The position numbers and the translations under genes were made by a program. From the human T2T-CHM13v2.0 reference genome, Homo sapiens: a stretch of DNA of 64,000 nt. Location: assembly GCF_009914755.1 (NCBI RefSeq), contig NC_060947.1. One strand, written 5' to 3'. Below the pieces are notes generated by a model, which made no database searches, had not been told where the DNA came from, and saw only the letters and a list, made by a program, of their open reading frames with translations. Positions 1-20,631 of the stretch are shown here, piece after piece (the stretch's first letter is position 1; every line of letters starts with the position of its first letter).

Positions 1-201
1 GGAACTGGAACAAAAGTGACTCTTGTTTCAGGAACTTGTTGGGAACTGGAACAAAATTGACTCTTGTTATGTTTTAGCAAAGAGACTGGTGACATTTTGC
101 CCCTGCCCCAGTGATTTGTGGAACTTTGAACTTGAGAGAGATGATTTAGGGTATCTGGTGGAAAAAAATTCTAAGCAGCAAAGCATTCAAGAGGTGACTT
201 G
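1..201 (+). mobile_element. THE1 (ERVL-MaLR) internal region, left part, interrupted by L1
   Basis: GGAACTTGTTGGGAACTGG...GACTCTTGTTATGTTTTAGCAAAGAGACTGG...CTTGAGAGAGATGATTTAGGGTATCTGG matches remembered THE1-int; sequence resumes at 6413. Confidence 0.9.
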
Positions 202-1238
202 GGGTCGCTTCCAAGATGGCCAAATAGGAACAGCTGCGGTTTACAGCTACCAGCAAGATCGATGCAGAAGATGGGTGATTTCTGCATTTCCAACTGAGGT
301 ACCTGTTTCATCTCATTGGGACTGGTTGGACAGTGGGTGCAGCCCATGGAGGGTGAGCCAAAGCAGAGAGGGGCATTGCCTCACCCAGGAAGCGCAAGGG
401 GTTGGGAGATTTTCCTTTCTTAGCCAAGGGAAGCCGTGAGTGTCTATACCTGGAGGAATTGTACACTCCAGTCCAAATACTGCACTTTTCCCACGGTCTT
501 CACAACCTGCCGACCAGGAGGTTCCCTCCTGTGCCTGGCTTGGTGGGTCCCACACCCACAGAGCCTTGCTCGCTGCTAGTGCAGCAGTCTGAGATCAACC
601 TGGGATGCTGGAGCTTGGCGGAGGGAGGGGTGCCCACCATTGCTGAGGCTTGAGTAGGCAGTTATATGCTCACAGTGTAAACAAAGTGGCAGGGAAGCTT
701 GAACTGGGCAGAGCCCACCACAGCTCAGCAAGGCCTACTGCCTCTCTAGATTCCACTTCTGAGGCCAGGGCATATCTGAACAAAAGGCAGCAGAGAGCTT
801 CTCCAGACTTAAACATCCCAGCCTGACAGCTCTGAAAAGACCAGTGGTTCCCCCAGCACAGTGTTCGAGCTCTGGTAATGGACAGACTGCCTCCTTAAGT
901 GGGTCCCTGACCCACGTGTAGCCTGACTGGGAGACATCTCCCAGTAGGGGTCAACAGACACCTCATACAGGCAGGTACCTGTCTGGGATGAAGCTTCCAG
1001 AGGAAGGATCAGGTGGCAATATTTGCTGTTTTGCAGCCTCTGCTGGTGATACCTAGGCAAACAGGGTCTGGAGTGGACCTCCAGCAAACTCCAACAGACT
1101 TGAAGCTGAGGGGCCTGTTAGAAGAAAATCTAATAAACAAAAAGGAATAGCATCAATATCAACAAAAAGGACATCCACATCAAAACTGCATCTGTAGATC
1201 ACCAACATCAAAGACCAAAGGTAGATAAAACCACAAAG

Positions 1239-2260
1239 ATGGGGAGAAACCAGAGCAGAAAGGCTGAAAATTCCAAAAACCAGAACACCTCTTCTCCTCC
1301 AAAGGAACACAACTGCTCGCCAGCAAGGGAACAAAACCGGAAGGGGAATGAGTTTGATGAGTTGACAGAAGTAGGCTTCAGAAGGTCAGTAATAACAAAC
1401 TCCTCCGAGCTAAAAGAGCATGTTCTAACCCATTGCAAGGAAGCTAAAAACCTTGAGAAAAGGTTAGACTAATGGCTAACTAGAATAACCAGTGTAGAGA
1501 AGAGCTTAAATGACCAGATGGACCTGAAAACCACAGTATGAGAACTTCATGAAGCATACACAAGCTTCAATAGCTGATTTGATCAAGCAGACGAAAGGAT
1601 ATCAGTGATAGAAGATCAAATGAATGAAATAAAGAGAGAAGACAAGATTGGAGAAAAGAGTGAAAAGAAATGAACAAAGCCTCCAAGAAATATGGGACTA
1701 TGTGAAAAGACTAAATCTACATTTGACTGGTGTACCTGAAAGTGACGGGGAGAATAGGCCCAAGTTGGAAAACACTCTGTAGGATATTATCCAGGAGAAC
1801 TAATCTAACTTAGAAAGGCAGGTCAACATTAAAATTCAGGAAATACAGAGAACACCACAAAATTACTCCTCGAGAAGAGCAACCCCAAGACACATAATTG
1901 TCAGATTCACCAAGTTTGGAATGAAGGAAAAAATGTTAAGGGCAGCCAGAAAGAAAGGTCAGGTTACCCACAAATGGAAGCCCATCAGACTAACAGCAGA
2001 TCTCTCTGCAGAAACCCTACAAGCCAGAAGAGAGTGGGGACCAATATTCAACATTTTCAAAGAAAAGAATTTTCAACCCAGAATTTCATATCTAGCTAAA
2101 CTAAGCTTCATAAGTGAAGGAGAAATAAAATCCTTTACAGACAAGCAAATGCTGGGAGATTTTGTCACCACCAGGCCTGCCTTGAAAGAACTCCTGAAGG
2201 AAGCACTAAACATGGAAAGGAATAGCTGGTACCAGCCACTGCAAAAAACATGCCAAATTT
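1239..2260 (+). pseudogene. L1 ORF1p, disrupted
   Basis: MGRNQSRKAENSK start, stop at 1470-1472; C-terminal fragment MKEKMLRAARKKGQVTHKWKPIRLTADLS at 1921. Confidence 0.9.
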
Positions 2261-2330
2261 GGAAATTTGACCATTGACGCTATGAAGAAACTGCATCAAC
2301 TAACGGGCAAAATAACCAGCTAGCATCATA

Positions 2331-6170
<3,840 letters not shown>

Positions 6171-6412
6171 ACAATGAGAACACATGGACACAGGAAGGGG
6201 AACATCACACAGTGGGGCCTGTTTGGGGGTGTTGGGCTGAGCGGGGGATAGTGTTAGGAGAAATACCTGATGTAAATGATGCATTGATGGGTGCAGCAAA
6301 CCACCATGGCACATGTATACCTATGTAACAAAACTGCACATTGTGCACTTGTACCCTAGAACTTTAAATATAATAATAAAAATTAAAAAAATAAAAAAAG
6401 AAGTTAAAAAAA

Positions 6413-7595
6413 AAGAGGTGACTTGAGTGCTGTTTAAAGCATTCAGTTTTAACAGGGAAACAGAGCATAAAAGATTGGAAAATTTGTAGCCTGAAAATGT
6501 GATAGAAAAGAAAATCCCATTTTCTCAAGAGAAACTCAAGACAGCTGCAGAAATTTGCATAAGTAATGAGGAGCTGAATATTAGTCACGAAGACAATGGG
6601 GAAAATGTCTCCAGGGCATGTCAGAGACCTTTGTGGCAGACCCTCACATCACAGGCTTGGAGGGCTAGGAGGAAATGATGGTTTTGTGAGTGAGGCCCAT
6701 GACCTCCCTGCTCTGTGCAGCCTAGGGAGTTGGTACCCTGTGTTCCAGCCACTCCAGCCATGGCTAAAAGAGGCCAAGGTACATCTCAGGCTGTTGCTTC
6801 AGAGGGTGAAGCCACATGCTTTGGCAGGTTCCATGTGGTGTTGAGCCCATGGGTTCACAGAAGTAAAGAATTGAGGTTTGGGAACCTCCACTTAGATTTC
6901 ATAGGATGTATGGAAATGGCTGAATGCCCAGGCAGGAATCTGCTGCAGGGGCAGGGCCCTCATGAAGAACCTCTGCTAGGGCAGTGCAGAAGGGAAATGT
7001 AGAGCTGAAGACCCCAAACAGAGTCTCTACTGGGGTACTGCCTAGTGGAGCTGTGAAAAGAGGGCCACTGTCCTCCAGACCCCAGAATGCTAGATCCACT
7101 GACAGCTTGCACAGTGTGAAAAAGCCACAGATACTCAACAGCAGCCTGTGAAAGCAGCCAGGAAGGAAGTTGTATCCTGCAAAGCCACAGAGGTAGAGAT
7201 GCCCAAGACCATGGTAATCCACCTCTTGCATCAGTGTGATCTAGATGTGAGACAGGAAGTCAAAGGAGATCATTTTGGAGCTTTAAGATTTGACTGCCTT
7301 GCTGGATTTTAGACCTGATTGGGGCGTGTAACTCCTTTGCTTTGGCCAATTTCTCCCATTTGGAATGGCTGTATTTACCTAATTCCTGTACCCTCATTGT
7401 ATCTAGGAAGTAACCAACTTGCTTTTGATTTTACAGGCTCACAGGTAGAAGGGACTTGCCTTGTTTTGAATGAGAGTTTGAATTGTAGAGTTTTGAGTTA
7501 ATGCTGAACTGAGTTAAGATTCTGGGGGACTGTTGGGAAGGCATGATGGTTTTAAAATGTGAGGATGTGAGATTTGGGAGGGGACAGGGGTGGAA
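6413..7595 (+). mobile_element. THE1 internal region, right part
   Basis: Continues THE1-int after the L1 TSD and ends in the purine tract GGGGACAGGGGTGGAA before the LTR. Confidence 0.9.
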
Positions 7596-7942
7596 TGATA
7601 TGGTTGGGCTGTGTCCCGACCCAAATCTCTTTTTGAATTCCCATGTATTGTGGGAGGGACCCAGTGGGAAGTATTTGAATCATGGGGGCAGTTCTTTCCT
7701 GTGCTGTTCTCATGATAGTGAATAAGTCTCACAAGATCTGATGATTTTATAAAAGGGGAGACTCCCTACACAAGCTCTTTGTGTCTGCCACCATTCATGT
7801 AACACGTGTCTTGCTCCTCCTTGCCTTTCACCATGATTGTGAGGCCCCCCCAACCATGTAGAACTATAAGTCATAATTTTCTTTTGTAAATTGCCCAGTC
7901 TCGGGTATGTCTTTGTCAGCAGCATGAAAACAAACTAGTACA
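7596..7942 (+). mobile_element. THE1A-like 3' LTR
   Basis: TGATATGGTTGGGCTGTGTCCC...TTGAATTCCCATGT...ACTAGTACA with TG..CA termini. Confidence 0.88.
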
Positions 7943-9674
7943 ATTGCCCACAGCTTTCCTTGGTTTAATACAAAAGAAGAAATCCAAAGACCTAGGGAGA
8001 TTGGAGTGTTAGTGTGAATTTGTCTTTAGACTTACTCTCACACATTGGGAAGGTTCAGAAGACATGTCTTTTACAAGTACTGTGGGAAATAAATTTGTGA
8101 GGGGAGCCTCAGCATCCTAAAGATTTCTGTGAACAGCTCTGTGATTGTCCTTTGTAGTCCATACTTTCCAATGGGAACTGCAGCCACTAAATTGGGAAAC
8201 CTAAATTCGATGAGATTAATTAGATCCTGGAATGGCAGTGACCAAGTGGTGGCACTCAACCACCAAAGACAAGGTGGACTTGGTTACAGCCATGGACAGC
8301 AGAGTCAAAATAGTAATTAGAATAGTCTGACTTACATAGGCCTATAGCATTAGCTAGTTGATTATGATAGTCTTAGAAGTGAAATAAATTGAAACCCTAC
8401 TAAATTGTTACTTCATCTGTATAAGCAGAAAAGTTCTAGGTCAAATTAACAAAATTCTAACTTAAACAATAAAAATAGCGAGTTGCAACACCTGAATCAA
8501 TTCCTAGACTTGAACCAGTTTATAGGCTTAGTATCCCTCGATTAAAGAGAGGCCAGATCTCTTAAAGGAAGAACTCTGGTACACTACCAAAAACATACAG
8601 CATTGAGTTTTTTCCCCAGCCTTCCCCAAATGGATCTATGGCATTTTACTAGGGTAAATGTGCTTTGGCAAAAAGGAGGTAATGAAAACTTCAAGAGTTA
8701 CTGGAAACTGTCTCTGAACTGACACTAACTCCAAGATACACCAAATGTCACTGTAGCCCAGCAGTCAGAGTCAGGGCTTATTGCGGTAAGATGATCAATG
8801 TTTTAGCACAGGTTTATCTCACAGTGGGCCTAGTGGTTCCCCAAACCCATCCTGTGGTTATTTCCTCAGCTGCAGAATTCATAACTGGAACATATACACT
8901 TAGCAGCTGAAATAATTCCCATACTGGTTCCCTGACCTGTAGCATCAAGGCCATTATGGTAGGAAAGGCCAAGTGGAAGCCACTAAAACTACCTCTACCT
9001 AAGAAAGTAGTAATTCAAAAGCAATACCACATCATTGGGTAGATTGCAGAGACTAGTGCCATCATCAAGTGTTTTAAAGATGCAGTTGGCAATCACCGTC
9101 TCATCCCCATTCAACTCTCCTATTTGGCCTGTGCAGAAGAAAAATGAATCTTGAAGAAAAACAGTGAATTATAAATTTATTCAACTGTTGACTCTAATTA
9201 TAGCTGCTCTATCACATGTGGTTTCCCTGCTTGAGCAAATTTAAAAATTCCCTGGTACCCAGTATAAAGCTATTGATCTAGCAAGTGCTTTTTCTCAATC
9301 CCTGTCCATAAGGCCAATCAGAAATAGTTTGCTTTAGCTGGAAAGGCCAATAAAGCACATTCACTGTCATATCTCAAGGGTATAACAACTCTTCAGTTCT
9401 ACGTCATAATTTAGTTCACAGGGATATTGATCTCCTTTCCCATCCACAACATATCACACTCTTTTATTGCATTGATTACATTATGCTGATTGAATCTAGT
9501 GAACAAGAAGTAGCAACTATTCTAGACTTATTGGTAAGTATGTCAGTGGGTGATATGAATACAGTGAAAGTTCAGGGGCCTTCCAAATCACTGAAAGTTC
9601 TAGGACTCCAGTGGTTTGAGATATATCAAAATATCTCCTCTAAGGTGAAGGGTAAGTTGTTACATCCAGCTCCT

Positions 9675-9750
9675 TGGTATGGTCTGAATGTTTGCACCCC
9701 CACCACTAAATTTATATGTTGAAATCTAATCCCTTATGTAATGGTATTTG
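9675..9750 (+). mobile_element. MLT1A-like LTR 5' fragment inserted in ERVL pol
   Basis: TGGTATGGTCTGAATGTTTG..AAATTTATATGTTGAAATCTAATCCC. Confidence 0.7.
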
Positions 9751-9758
9751 TTTTCTCT

Positions 9759-9802
<44 letters not shown>

Positions 9803-10490
9803 AGTGACAGATAAAATCATATGTATTTACCATGTACAACATAATGTTTTGGAGTGTATATACATGTGGAATAACTAAATATAGCTAATAGCTAATTAAC
9901 ATATTCTTACTTCAAATAGTTCTTATTTTTGTGGTGAGAACACTTTACCATGTACAACATAATATTTTGAAGTATATACTTACCATGTACAATATAATGT
10001 TTTGAAGTATATATACATTGCCAAATGACTTAATCTAGCTATTTAACATATTCTTACCTCACATAGTTTTCATTGTTGTGGTGAGAACACTTTACATCTT
10101 CTCTGTTTGCATTGCTCAGGAATAAAAGATATTAACTGTAGTCACTAAGTTTTACAGTAGGTTTCTTGAACTTATTCCTCTTATCTAACTAAAATTGTGT
10201 GTCCTTTGACCATCACTCCCCACCACCACTCCACTCCCTTGTAACTACAATTCTACTTTCTATCTTTATCAGATCAACTTTTTTTAGATTCCACATATGA
10301 GTGAAATTATTCAGTATGTGTCTTTCTGTACCTTATGTCACTTAACATAATGTCCTCCAGATCACCCATGTTGTCACAAATGACAAGGTTGCCTTTTTCA
10401 CAGCTGAATACTACTTCATTCTGTATAAATACTTTTTCATTGTGTGTCAAAATTCCATTTTCTTTACTCATTCATCTATTGATGACCCTA
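9751..10490 (-). mobile_element. L1MA 3' end with T41 tail and internal tandem duplication
   Basis: Poly(T) 9760-9800, then reverse L1MA 3'UTR (TTTTGTGGTGAGAACACTT; GATTCCACATATGAGTGA). Confidence 0.8.
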
Positions 10491-12199
10491 AAATTCATGA
10501 CCCTAATTCATGACCCTAATAGATGACCCTACTATTTATCATTCATCTTTCGATGGACCCTGATATAGTGGTACAACCTTCCTGTAACCGAAAAAGGGGC
10601 ACAATGCCTAGTGAACCTCTTTGACTTTTGGAGACAAGACATTTACTGTTTGTGTATATTACTCAAGCCCATTTACTGAGTTACCCACGAAACTACTAGT
10701 TTTGTGTGGGACCCAGAACAAGAGAAGGCTCTGCTGTTGTGCAAGCTGATTTGTCACTTGGGTCATATTATCAAGCAGATTTAATGGTGACTGAAGTGTC
10801 AGTGGCAGATGGTATGCTGTATGGAGCCTTTGGTAGGCCCATGTAGGTGAATCACAGTGAAAACAACTCTTAGGATTTGGGAGCAAATCCCTGCCAGTTT
10901 CTGCCAGTGGATAACTACTCTCCTTTTAAGAAACAGCTTTTGACTTCTTGCTGGGCCTCACTTAAAGAATGAACACGTAACCACGGTCCACCAAATTACC
11001 ATCTGCCCTCAGCTGCCAATGATAAACTGGGGATAATCTGACCCACTAAACCATAAATTTCAGTGTGCATATCAACATTTCATCATCAAATGGAATTTAT
11101 ATGTTTGTGGGTGCAAACAGGTAAGTTAGATGAAGTGTCCCAAATGCCCATCATCCCTACTGCTGCTATACTGTCATCTCTCTTTCAGCCTGAATCTATG
11201 GTTTCATGGAGAGCTCCCTAAAATCTGTTGACAGAGGAAGAGAAGACTTGAACCTGGTTTACAGATGGTACTGCACAATATGCAGGAACCACATGAAAGC
11301 AGGCAGTTGAAGCACTGCAGCCTCTCTCTGGGACATCTCCTAAGAAAAATGAGGGAGCATCCTCCCATCCTCCAGGTGGGCAGAGCTACTGGTGGTGCAT
11401 CTGTTTTTTCATATGATTGGAAGGAAAAATGGTCAGATGTGCAAATATACACTGATTGCCGGGCTGTGGCCCATGGTTTGGCTGGATGGCAAAAATTTTA
11501 GAAGAAACGATTGAAAAATCGGTGACATATAAATCTGGGCAAAAGACATGTGGATAGATATTTTTTCTCTGAATGGGCAAAAAACATGATAATATTTGTG
11601 TTTCATGTGAATGCTTATCAAAAGCTGACCTTAGATGAAAAGGATTTTAATAAGCAAGTGGACAGGATAACCCATTCTGTGGATACCAGTTAATGTCTTT
11701 TGTCATCCAACTCTGTCATCACACAATGAGCTCAATGAACAAAGTGGCCATGGTAGCAGGGATGGAAATTATTCATTGGTTCAGCAACATGGACTTTCAC
11801 TCACCAAGGCTTTTATGGTTACAGCAACTGCTGAGTGCCCAATATGAAATCAGCTAAGACTAATATAGAGTTTCCTTTAGCGCACCATTCTACGGAGTGA
11901 TCAGCAAGTTGATTACACTAGTCAGCTTCCGTTATGGAAGAGACAGCATTTTGTTCTTACTGGAATAGATACTTACTCTAGATATTGATTTGTGTTTTTT
12001 CAGGCAATGTTTCTGCAAAAACTGCCATTTGTGTACTTATAAAATGCCTTCTCTACCATTATGGTATTCCACACAACATGGCTTCTGATCAAAGAATTCA
12101 TAATACAACAAAATAAGTGCAACAATAAGCCCATGCTCATGTAACTCAGTGGTCTAAATTCTATTGGTTCTGTTTGTCCAAAGAACCCTGAGTAATACA

Positions 12200-13739
12200 T
12201 CTAGTAAATGATTTTTTCATCACCTGTTAGTAAAGACCACAAGAAGTAGTTTACAATATACCTAAACTGTCTGATATGGGCTGGATTGTGTTTTCCCAAA
12301 ATTTATATGTTGAAGCCCTGATCCCCCAGTACCTCAGAGTGTGACTATATTTGGATATAGGGTTTATGAAAGTAAAATGAGGTCATTGGAGTTGGCTCTA
12401 ATCCCATCTGACTGGTGTCCTTACGAGAAGAGGAAATTTGGATACAATAATAGACATCAAGAATGCACACACACAGAAATAAAGGCCATGTAAGTACACA
12501 GCAAAAATGCAACAATTTGCAAGCCAAGAAGAAAGGCCTTAGAACAAAGCAAACCCACTGACACCTTGATCCTGGGTATTTAGCATCCAGAACTATGAGA
12601 AAGTACATATTTTTTGGTTTAAGCCATCCAGTTTCTGTTGTTTTGTTATGGAAGCCCTATCAAGCTAATATACTGTTCTACCTCAGGGTATATCTACTCT
12701 CCAGGTCTATATCATAACTTAGTCCTCAGAGACCTTGATCACATTTCCCTTCCAGAAGACAGTGCTGATCGATTACACTGATAATATTATGCTGATTGGG
12801 CCTAGTGAACAAGAAGGATCAACTCTTTCAGATTTATTGATAAGCATTTACAAGTCAGAGGGTGAGAAATAAATCCAACAAAAAATTCATGTGCTTTCCA
12901 GCTCAGTGAAAAGCACAGTTTAAGATACTTCTACAGTTTCAGATACTTTGTTGTATCTGGCCCATTCTAAACCAAAAAGAGGCACAATGTCTAGTGGACC
13001 GGTTTGAATTTTGGAGATAATATATTCACTATTTGGGTGTGTTACTCCAGTTCATTTACCATGTGACCCCAAAAAGCCTGATTGTTTTGGGTGGGCCCCA
13101 AAACAAGAGAAGGCTCTGCAGCAGGTCCAGACTGCTGTGCAAACTGCTCTACCACTTGGGCCATGTGACCCAGCAGATCCAATTGTTCTTGAAGTTTCAG
13201 TGGCAGATAGAGATGCTGTTTGGAATTTTTGGCAGTCATCTATATCTGAATCACAGCATAGACCTCTGTTAAAGCAATACCCCATTCCTCGTGTGAAGTC
13301 TTGCCATCCTTTGTAGATAACTACTCTACTTTTGAGAAGAAGCTTTTGGCTTATTACTGGGGCCTTAGTAGAGAGTAAATGCTTAACCACAGGTCAACAA
13401 ATTACCATGCAATTTTAGCTGCTTACCAAGAACTGGATATGGTTTAATGCATCAAGCCATAAATGTGGGCATGCACATCAATATGTCCTTATCCAATAGA
13501 GGACGTATATACCAATTCAGGCTCAACTATACTCTAAATGAATAAGTAAGTTACATGAAGAAGTTATTCAAACACCTATGGTTTCCCTTCCTGCTACATT
13601 ATCTTCCCTCTCCCAGCTCATCCTTATGGCTTCATGGAGAGTTCCTTATGATCAGTTGACTGAGGAAATGAAAATGCAGGGCCATTTTACCAATGTTTTA
13701 AGGAGATACATATGGAGGCCAAGTTGACATAGGATACTC
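12200..13739 (+). mobile_element. ERVL pol remnant (element 2) with internal deletion
   Basis: ORF 13011-13316 WAPKQEKALQQVQTAVQTALPLGPCDPADPIVLEVSVADRDAVW resembles HERV-L pol; ends GCCAAGTTGACATAGG before the LTR. Confidence 0.85.
12272..12672 (+). mobile_element. MLT1B-like solo LTR
   Basis: TGATATGGGCTGGATTGTG...CCCCCAGTACCTCAGAGTGTGAC...AAGCTAATATA; TSD CTGTC/CTGTT. Confidence 0.85.
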
Positions 13740-14478
13740 TGTGGTGCTTAATTTTATGTGTCAATTTGACTAGGGTACAGTCCTCTGTTATTTAACCAAA
13801 CACGAATCTAACTGTTGTTCTGAAGGATATTTTGTAGATGTGGTTAGCATGTATGATCAGTTCACTCTGAGTAAAGATTACCCTAAAAAATGTGGGTATG
13901 CTTTATCTACTCAGCTGAAAGAGCAAAATTAAATTTCCCTGAGGAGAAATTCTCCTTCAAGTCTGTAGTATCAACTCCTGCCTGAGTTTTTTAATTTTTT
14001 AATTTTAATTTAAAAATTTTTTTTTTGAGATAGGGTCTTGTTGTGTCGCTCAAGCTGGGCATGATCGTGGTTTACTGCAGCCTCAACCTCCTGGGCTCAA
14101 ACAATCCTCTTACCTCTGCTTCCTGAGTATCTGCAACTACCATGTCTGGCTAATTTTTCTTTTACTTTTGCATAGAGAAAGGGTCTCACTATGTTGCCCA
14201 AGGTGGTCTCAAACTCCTGGGACTCAAGCTATCTTTCCACCTTGTCCTGTCAAAATTCTGCAATTACAGGTATGACTCACTGTGCCTGGCCTTTCCTGCC
14301 TGTTTCTAGTCTGCTGGACTTCCCTATAAATTTTATTCTTGCCAGCCTCCACAGTCATATGATCAAATTCCTTAAAATAATTATCTTTCTCTCTAGATAG
14401 ATATAGACATAGACATAGATATATGAATAGACATCTTCTGCATTCTGTTCCTCTGGAAAACCCTACGTAATTGATACA
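13740..14478 (+). mobile_element. MLT2 (MLT2D-like) 3' LTR of ERVL element 2
   Basis: TGTGGTGCTTAATTTTATGTGTCAATTTGAC...TCTGTTCCTCTGGAAAACCCT..ATACA, split by an Alu. Confidence 0.8.
13990..14291 (-). mobile_element. AluJ
   Basis: CAGCCTCAACCTCCTGGGCTCAA and AACTCCTGGGACTCAAG; flanking repeat TCCTGCCTG..TTT. Confidence 0.85.
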
Positions 14479-14674
14479 GGGGATGATAAACAAATTCCAA
14501 AAGCTCTGAATTTGTCTACTGCTAACATGTATGATACTATCTAAGCCTCGGTTTAAATCCAATGTGAGCACAAAGGGCTGATAAACTGCAAGCAATGTCA
14601 GTCACCCAACAAGGTCTCAGATTTAGGTGGTCATCTTAGCCTTAGACTTTGATTGGGTCCTTCTTTAATTAATG

Positions 14675-14735
14675 TAATATCCTAGTTAAATACTAGCTGC
14701 TGTAAAAAACAACCCCCCAAATCTCTCAGTGACTT
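14675..14735 (-). mobile_element. Old MLT1-type LTR fragment split by L1PA3 (resumes about 20902-21050)
   Basis: GCTGCTGTAAAAAACAACCCCCCAAATCTCTCAGTGACTT continues as TTAATAATAGTGCAGTTTGTTTCTCTCTCAC after the L1. Confidence 0.6.
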
Positions 14736-14972
14736 TTTATTTTTTATTTTATTTTATTTTATTATTATTATACTTTTAAGTTTTAGGGTACATGTGCACA
14801 ATGTGCAGGTTAGTTACATATGTATACACGTGCCATGCTGGTGTGCTGCACCCATTAACTCATCATTTAGCATTAGGTATATCTCCTACAGCTATCCCTC
14901 CCCCCTCCCCCAACCCCACAACAGTACCCAGAGTGTGAAGTTCCCCTTCCTGTGTCCATGTGTTCTCATTGT

Positions 14973-18789
<3,817 letters not shown>

Positions 18790-18852
18790 TATGATGTTAG
18801 CTGGTTATTTTGCTCATAAGTTGATGCAGTTTCTTCCTAGCCTTGATGGTCT

Positions 18853-19869
18853 TTACAATTTGGCATGATTTTCCATTGGCTGGTACTGGTTGTTCCTTTC
18901 CATATTTAGTGCTTCCTTCAGGACCTCTTTTAGGGCAGGCCTGGTGGTGACAAAATCTCACAGTATTTGCTTGTCTGTAAAGTATTTTATTTCTCCTTCA
19001 CTTATGAAGCTTAGTTTGGCTGGATATGAAATTCTGGGTTGAAAATTCTTTTCTTGAAGAATGTTGAATATTGGCCCCCACTCTCTTCTGGCTTGTAGAG
19101 TTTCTGCCTAGAGATCCGCTGTTAGTCTGATGGGCTTCCCTTTGAGGGTAACCTGACCTTTCTCTCTGGCTGCCCTTAACATTTTTTCCTTCATTTCAAC
19201 TTTGGTGAATCTGACAATTATGTGTCTTGGAGTTGCTCTTCTCGAGGAGTATCTTTGTGGCGTTCTCTGTATTTCCTGAATCTGAATGTTGGCCTGCCTT
19301 GCTAGATTGGGGAAATTCTCCTGGAAAATATCCTGCAGAGTGTTTTCCAACTTGGTTCCATTCTCCCCCTCACTTTCAGGTACACCAATCAGACGTAGAT
19401 TTGGTCTTTTCACATAGTCCCATATTTCTTGGAGGCTTTGTTCATTTCTTTTTATTCCTTTTTCTCTAAACTTCCCTTCTCACTTCATTTCATTCATTTC
19501 ATCTTCCATCACTGATACCCTTTCTTCCAGTTGATCGCATCACCTCCTGAGGCTTCTGCATTCTTCATGTATTTCTCGAGTCTTGGCTTTCAGCTCCATC
19601 AGTTCCTTTAAGCAATTCTCTGTATTGGTTATTCTAGTTATACATTCATCTAAATTTTTTTCAAAGTTTTCATCTTCTTTGCCTTTGGTTTGAATTTCCT
19701 CCTGTAGCTCGGAGTAGTTTGATCTTCTGAAGCCTTCTTCTCTCAACTCATCAAAGTCATTCTCCATCCAGCTTTGTTCCATTGCTGGTGAGGAACTGCG
19801 TTCCTTTGGAGGAGGAGAGGTGCTCTGCTTTTTAGAGTTTCCAGTTTTTCTGCTCTGTTTTTTCCCCAT
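18853..19869 (-). pseudogene. L1 ORF1p, disrupted
   Basis: MGKKQSRKTGNSK start, premature stop at 19540; KRPNLRLIGVPE fragment. Confidence 0.9.
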
Positions 19870-20448
19870 CTTTGTGGTTTTATGTACTTTTGGTCTTTGA
19901 TGATGGTGATATACAGATGGGTTTTTGGTGTGGATGTCCTTTCTGTTGGTTTTCTTTCTAACAGACAGGACCCTCAGCTGCATGTCTTTTGGAGTTTGCT
20001 AGAGGTCCACTCCAGAACCTGTTTGCATGGGTACCAGCAGCAGTGGCTGCAGAACATTGGATTTTCGTGAACCGCGAATGCTGCTGTCTGATCCTTCCTC
20101 TGGAAGTTTTGTCTCAGAGGAGTACCCGGCCGTGTGAGGTGTCAGTCTGCCCCTACTGGGGGGTGCCTCCCAGTTAGGCTGCTTGGGGGTCAGGTGTCAG
20201 CGACCCACTTGAGGAGGCAGTCTGCTTGTTCTCAGATCTCCAGCTGTGTGCTAGGAGAACCACTTCTCTCTTCAAAGCTGTCAGACAGGGACATTTAAGT
20301 CTGCAGAGGTTACTGCTGTCTTTTTGTTTGTCTGTGTCCTGCCCCCAGAGGTGGAGTCTACAGAGGCAGGCAGACTTCCTTGAGCTGTGGTGGGCTCCAC
20401 CCAGTTCGAGCTTCCTGGCTGCTTTGTTTACCTAAGCAAGCCTGGGCA

Positions 20449-20631
20449 ATGGCGGGCACCCCTCCCCCAGCCTCACTGCAGCCTTGCAGTTTGATCTCAG
20501 ACTGCTGTGCTAGCAATCAGCGAGACTCCGTGGGCATAGGACCCTCTGAGCCATGTGAGGGATATAATCTCCTGGTGCACCATTTTTTAAGCCCATCAGA
20601 AAAGCGCAGTATTGGGGTGGGAGTGACCTGA
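20449..20631 (+). pseudogene. L1 antisense ORF0, truncated to 60 aa
   Basis: MAGTPPPASLQPCSLISDCCASNQRDSVGIGPSEP...SIGVGVT*, matching primate L1 ORF0. Confidence 0.8.

Larger units (their letters stand above)
7943..12199 (+). mobile_element. ERVL internal gag-pro-pol remnant (element 1), ending in an MLT2 LTR 3' stub
   Basis: gag-like MGTAATKLGNLNSM..SWNGSDQVVALNHQRQGG; decayed YIDD region near 9465-9490; RNaseH/IN-like sequence; LTR end CTATTGGTTCTGTTTG..GAACCCTGAGTAATACA at about 12161-12199. Confidence 0.85.

Noticed and set aside
23-439. 138-aa ORF fusing THE1-int to L1 5'UTR
   Set aside because: Non-ATG start, spans an insertion junction, no domain, both parts non-coding repeats
10482-10530. 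CRISPR-like or telomere-like short repeats (ATGACCCTAA)
   Set aside because: Eukaryotic repeat context, 5-7 nt spacing, no cas genes, not a (CCCTAA)n array; better explained as repair filler
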